Shown piece by piece: positions 61,601-64,000 of a stretch of DNA of 64,000 nucleotides. The translations under genes and the position numbers were made by a program. The notes under the pieces are model-generated. The model worked only from the letters and a program-made list of their open reading frames with translations. It was not told the origin of the DNA and made no database searches. The stretch covers positions 24,211 to 88,210 of the forward strand of contig JBILKR010000006.1 of NCBI GenBank assembly GCA_044376575.1, written 5' to 3'. Numbering within the stretch: the stretch's first letter is position 1; every line of letters starts with the position of its first letter. The stretch is from Flavobacteriales bacterium (GTDB taxonomy: Bacteria > Bacteroidota > Bacteroidia > CAIKAF01).

Positions 61601-63052
61601 AAAGACGCAATGGTTGTTATTGAAGGAAAAATTGAGAAGAAGCCTTTCCGCTGGATGGTGATTCCTGAAACAATTGCAAGAATTGTAACCGGCTTCAAAA
61701 ACTTTTCAGTAAGCTACAATGAATCCAATGGAACTACGCTTCCAGGCTATAAAGCAGGTACAACACTTTTGGGAATGGATATGTATAATCCTTCACTCGG
61801 ATTTGATTTTGTGATGGGACGACAGTTCAGCGATGTGGACCTTGTCAACAATGTAGTAAAGAATGCTTGGCTTATCAGAGACAGTACAATGAATGTGCTG
61901 TTTATGCGCACACACTCTTCCAATCTTACAGCAAATGCTACTTACGAGCCCTTCAAAGGATTCAGGGTTACGTTTACTGCCAATCGCACTTATGTAGAGA
62001 ATTTCCAGTCGAATTACAGATACATCCCGAGTGTGGGAGATTTTATTTCACAAAATCCATTATCTATGGGTAACTTCTCCATGTCTTACATGATGATAGG
62101 GACATCATTTGGTGGAGATGGTCAGAATTTCAGTTCGCGCTGGTTTAGCAATATGCTGAATTCTCGTTCAGTTATTTCAAATCGACTGGCGCTACTCAAT
62201 CCCAATGCCAATCCGGTAAATGGATCGCTTTACCAGTCGGGTTATCAGGAAACTCAGCAAGATGTATTAATGTATTCTTTCCTTTCTGCATATACAGGAG
62301 GAGATCCGGGATCTATGGAACTAAATCCATTCCCGATGATTCCTATTCCAAACTGGAGAATACAATTTGACGGATTAAAAGATATTCCTTTCATTAAAAA
62401 AGTAATGAAGAATATCGTATTGTCTCATGCCTATCAATCTACTTATAGTTTAGCCGGGTTCCAGTCAAACTATGTATATAACGACAAAAATCCTCAGGAT
62501 TGGCTGAATAACCCATGGGATCAAACCTTGAGAGATGACAATGGGAATTTCATCTCCCGGTATTTCTTAAACAGCATTTCACTTGTTGAGTCATACAATC
62601 CATTGATTAAAATTGATATGACCTTCAATAATAGTTTAACGGCAAATGTGGAAATCAAATCAAGCAGAAATATTTCATTGAATTTCCCTAACCAGCAAAT
62701 CACAGAGAATAATACATTTGAAATAATTGCAGGTGCCGGCTATATCATTAAAGATGTAAAATTACCATTCAGGATTGGAGGTAAAGAAATTAAAAACAAC
62801 CTGAACATCCGATTTGATTTTGGGTTAAAAGACAACTCAACGGTAATCAGAAAAATTTCTCCGGTAGTTGAACAGGTTACGGCAGGTCAGCGAGCCATTA
62901 CCATAAAAGGATTTGCAGAATACACCATTAACACCTCATTAAGTGTGCGACTATTTGTTGATCAGATCATCAATAATCCTTTTGTTGCAAATCAATTCCC
63001 CACAGCCAATACCAATGCCGGATTAAGTGTTCGATTTACATTGACACAATAA
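55607..63052 (+). CDS. sprA: Cell-surface protein SprA (T9SS outer-membrane translocon, giant beta-barrel).
   Basis: About 2480 aa with a signal peptide (MKQKLFCSFFVLVLLMSGLTSFAQ). The size, beta-rich composition and position immediately downstream of ruvA match Bacteroidota sprA. The start is placed at the second Met. Confidence 0.8.
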   Translation: MKQKLFCSFFVLVLLMSGLTSFAQTDTTNHDQIGVTNPSNITEEVQFDESNNQYIVLKKVGNILLSTDYYSAEDYRKKMLNQSALDYWREKEKSRAGGNDANSLIPPINIKNELFKGIFGSNKIEIRPQGSAELILGVRVNKTENPNIPLQQRTVTTFNFDQNIQLNVLGKIGDKIQLNANFNTKALFNFENQMNLKYEGGEDDILQLLEFGNVSLPLTGTLIQGSQSLFGVKNKLKFGKLEITSIFTQQQGQKQNITVEGGAQITKFEVSCANYEANRHYFLGDYFMHQFDNANKTLPYVTSPVYITRIEVWVTNRINATENVRNIVAILPLGESLPNTNIFPQNEGSTYNPQSLPPSIRDITSQTLFNQLQNGLEIEKLANARLLNANEFSFDPYLGYISLNQSLNADEVLAVAFQYTAGGKTYQVGEFGTDLQAPNALVVKLLKASNFDVTKPNFPWMMKNIYSIGGYNIGQDDFTLNILYQDTETGVKVNYFPNATGVSGIPLIRLFNLDRLNQQNDLVFDGFFDFIEGRTIKAQNGRIIFPVREPFSKNYLSNVFQEANASNPIFNPEEYADRYAFDTLYKVQQQLAELNQEKNRFYIAGSYKGASGSEISLNAFNVPQGSVTVTAGGQTLSENVDYTVDYAAGRVRIINESILNSGLPINISLENNATFNIQQKRLIGTHIDYKFNKNFQIGGTIMNLQERPLTQKVDLGNEPVDNTIWGFDVNYSTTSNFITRLVDKIPGINTKAPSQILLNGEFAHMIPGYNPVIDQNGENGVSYVDDFEGAETPIDIRNPFMWKLGSVPEGNPRFPNGDVFNNLQYNFNRARLSWFTMDPLFYRFNTLTPQAIKDNPTVMTNNYIREVQVTEVFPGYQPPLQQGIQPQQLVLDMHYYPDERGPYNYDVNNFDESFLDKLKLKNPKTNFGSMMRRMETTDWDAANVSYIEFWMMDPFDENDLNQMKEWEDGIGSTNQNTTGDGGGDFIIQIGNMNEDILKDGRMSFENGMPTPTDPNRPLINTAWGKVPLLQPINQNFDNDPATRELQDIGYDGLNDVDEKDFFTNFISDVQNKFGGPGNPVFDSIAADPSGDNFSHYNAESFNSVGGFVPGFNYPHSRYKKFIGPEKNSPASNINFSYGQVPNTEDVNNNFTLDKPEGYYQYSVSLRPGDLNTIGENFITDILNTTVPVNINGQIQNKNVKWIQFRIPVRTEDKEQFGTINDFRSIRFMRMLLQGFPDDIYVRLATLQLVRADWRTYTSELWDPDAFITPNASSFNSTTVNIEENTRKEPFPYALPPGITREIDPANPQLQQLNEQSLVLNVNGLQDGEAKGVYKNTQYDMRAYKYLKMFVHEEQVLNNPLDSHDLTLFVRLGMDASENYYEVEVPLTPSDPSIQPVDPNPNDQIPNDDPVYKRNLWLAQNNLVIDLQSLPDLKLKRNSLGLPSNLPFQDTVDGRRITVVGNPNIANVRSMMIGVRNPHQKHNPWQTGANGTKKDDGQSKTAQVWVNELRLTDYFEAGGWAAKARGQVNLADFGQVSMAVSHTTFGFGNIDQKPQQRSRNNTSTFDVTTSFELGKFFGSKSGVTIPLFFGYSTKVDDPQFNPLDPDVLFRDALDVLPTDQARDSLKQMSQTLGTKTTFNITNMKKTRTDNKRKPKIWDIENWDASYSYVKETFRDIRTEYNNTTEQRASLGYTFTPQPQPWEPFKKSKGLKSKWLKWVKDFNFTWSPKRLAFRANVVRDVNEFLLRNTTDYPLLIIPTYRKNFTWTRTYEFQYSPFKSLNFTFSANNSSRIDEPEMKLDSSVTPRVQFFGRNTGYTHNWDVSYSLPLSKIPLTDWITASIGYSGNYKWTAGNMERNPNGDFTMGRWGNIAQNANTLKGNLQLNMTTLYNKIPWIKDLNKAKGGQKKEATKQGAGGKKPEEKKKEGEEDEEEEKEKVKIKIVKWEKAGVNFKAGRKKLFKHNLKTEDVTFKVTTPDGKVIKGETQVVDKKKARFIASEDAKDAMVVIEGKIEKKPFRWMVIPETIARIVTGFKNFSVSYNESNGTTLPGYKAGTTLLGMDMYNPSLGFDFVMGRQFSDVDLVNNVVKNAWLIRDSTMNVLFMRTHSSNLTANATYEPFKGFRVTFTANRTYVENFQSNYRYIPSVGDFISQNPLSMGNFSMSYMMIGTSFGGDGQNFSSRWFSNMLNSRSVISNRLALLNPNANPVNGSLYQSGYQETQQDVLMYSFLSAYTGGDPGSMELNPFPMIPIPNWRIQFDGLKDIPFIKKVMKNIVLSHAYQSTYSLAGFQSNYVYNDKNPQDWLNNPWDQTLRDDNGNFISRYFLNSISLVESYNPLIKIDMTFNNSLTANVEIKSSRNISLNFPNQQITENNTFEIIAGAGYIIKDVKLPFRIGGKEIKNNLNIRFDFGLKDNSTVIRKISPVVEQVTAGQRAITIKGFAEYTINTSLSVRLFVDQIINNPFVANQFPTANTNAGLSVRFTLTQ

Positions 63053-63136
63053 TTAATTCAAAAATATTTTTAGAATCTCCGTGATTATTTTTAAAAAAAA
63101 CGTAGGTTTGATGCATCAATTTTAATACAGAGAAAC

Positions 63137-63517
63137 ATGAATATTCCTTCAAATCTAAAGTATTCCAAAGATCATGAATGGATCCGCACTGAAGGTGAAT
63201 TCGGATACGTTGGTATTTCTGAATTTGCTCAGGGAGAATTAGGTGATATCGTTTTTGTTGAAATCGATTCTGTCGGCGAAACAAAATCAAAAGATGAGGT
63301 ATTTGGAAGCGTAGAAGCGGTAAAAACCGTTTCAGATTTGTTCATGCCTGTGGGAGGAGAAGTATTGGAAGTTAACTCCAAACTAGACGGACAACCAGAA
63401 TTAGTTAATCAGGATTCTTATGGTGAAGGATGGTTAATTAAGATAAAAATGTCCAATCCGGATGAAATAAATCAATTGATGGATGCTGATGCCTATAAGG
63501 CACACATCGGACATTAA
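63137..63517 (+). CDS. gcvH: Glycine cleavage system H protein (lipoyl carrier).
   Basis: Lipoyl-lysine motif VEAVKTVSDL and an ...YSKDHEWI... start. Length 126 aa. Confidence 0.9.
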   Translation: MNIPSNLKYSKDHEWIRTEGEFGYVGISEFAQGELGDIVFVEIDSVGETKSKDEVFGSVEAVKTVSDLFMPVGGEVLEVNSKLDGQPELVNQDSYGEGWLIKIKMSNPDEINQLMDADAYKAHIGH

Positions 63518-63522
63518 TATCC

Positions 63523-63909
63523 ATGTTTCTTCGCCATAATGCCATCGGCATCCTATGGATGCTATTTATCTTTTGTGCATGTTTGCTTCCTGGAAAAGAT
63601 GTTCCGGACGGACCTTTTGTAAGTTTTGATAAGGCTTTTCATATCATTGCTTACGCTATACTTTCTTTCCAATTGATTGTAGGCTTAAAAAAGCAATATT
63701 CATTTGTAAAGCTAAAGCACCTCACCATTAGAATTGTGTTGATTTTTTGTATTGTTTATGGTATACTCATGGAGTTGTTTCAGCGGTTTATGCTGAGTGA
63801 CCGAATTGCTGATATTTACGATGTGATTGCCAACAGTATTGGTGCTTTTATCGGCTGGGGACTGTTTGTTTGGGTATATCATCCTAGAAAAGAAGAAACA
63901 TCTGCATAA
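63523..63909 (+). CDS. VanZ-family membrane protein.
   Basis: 128 aa with 4 TM helices. The DKAFHIIAYAILSF motif is typical of VanZ-like proteins. Confidence 0.65.
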   Translation: MFLRHNAIGILWMLFIFCACLLPGKDVPDGPFVSFDKAFHIIAYAILSFQLIVGLKKQYSFVKLKHLTIRIVLIFCIVYGILMELFQRFMLSDRIADIYDVIANSIGAFIGWGLFVWVYHPRKEETSA

Positions 63910-64000
63910 TTAATTATTAGATTTAACGTTGAAGTAGTAAAGTTTAAATAAATTAATTTTTAAATTTACACCTAGATTTATAGAATTATGGAAATCAGGA

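Overview
This 64 kb window looks like an AT-rich chromosomal segment from a Bacteroidota genome. Evidence: several T9SS C-terminal sorting domains, an SprA-sized gene next to ruvA, and an alternative-complex-III (ActABCDEF) cluster fused to caa3 oxidase genes. Coding density is high and most genes are recognisable housekeeping or respiratory genes. These include rluD-like, pdxJ, the sdhCAB/frd operon, pepP, an ABC-F ATPase, dnaG, dcd, tatC, actABCDEF-coxII-coxI, an S46 dipeptidyl-peptidase, rfbA plus an epimerase plus an MMPL exporter, dusB, exbB-exbD-exbD, tRNA-Ser(GGA), ansA, tatD, ruvA, sprA (about 2480 aa), gcvH and a VanZ-family gene. I saw no CRISPR array, transposase, integrase or prophage content. 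The most unusual content is threefold. First, a monocistronic 860-aa membrane protein (8087..10669, minus strand) flanked by terminators, which combines DnaJ-type CxxCxGxG zinc-finger repeats, a TerB-like domain, one TM helix and a C-terminal SH3-like domain. Second, a co-directional envelope operon of three uncharacterised lipoproteins, two microproteins missing from the ORF track (a 51-aa polycationic one and a 34-aa hydrophobic one), and a DUF2807-like protein, ending at tatC (25820..29562). Third, a secreted FGE/SUMF1-domain protein paired with a T9SS-cargo protein that carries a duplicated GG-x-GRGD motif (4491..8035). All functional calls rest on motif recognition by eye, with no database searches run.
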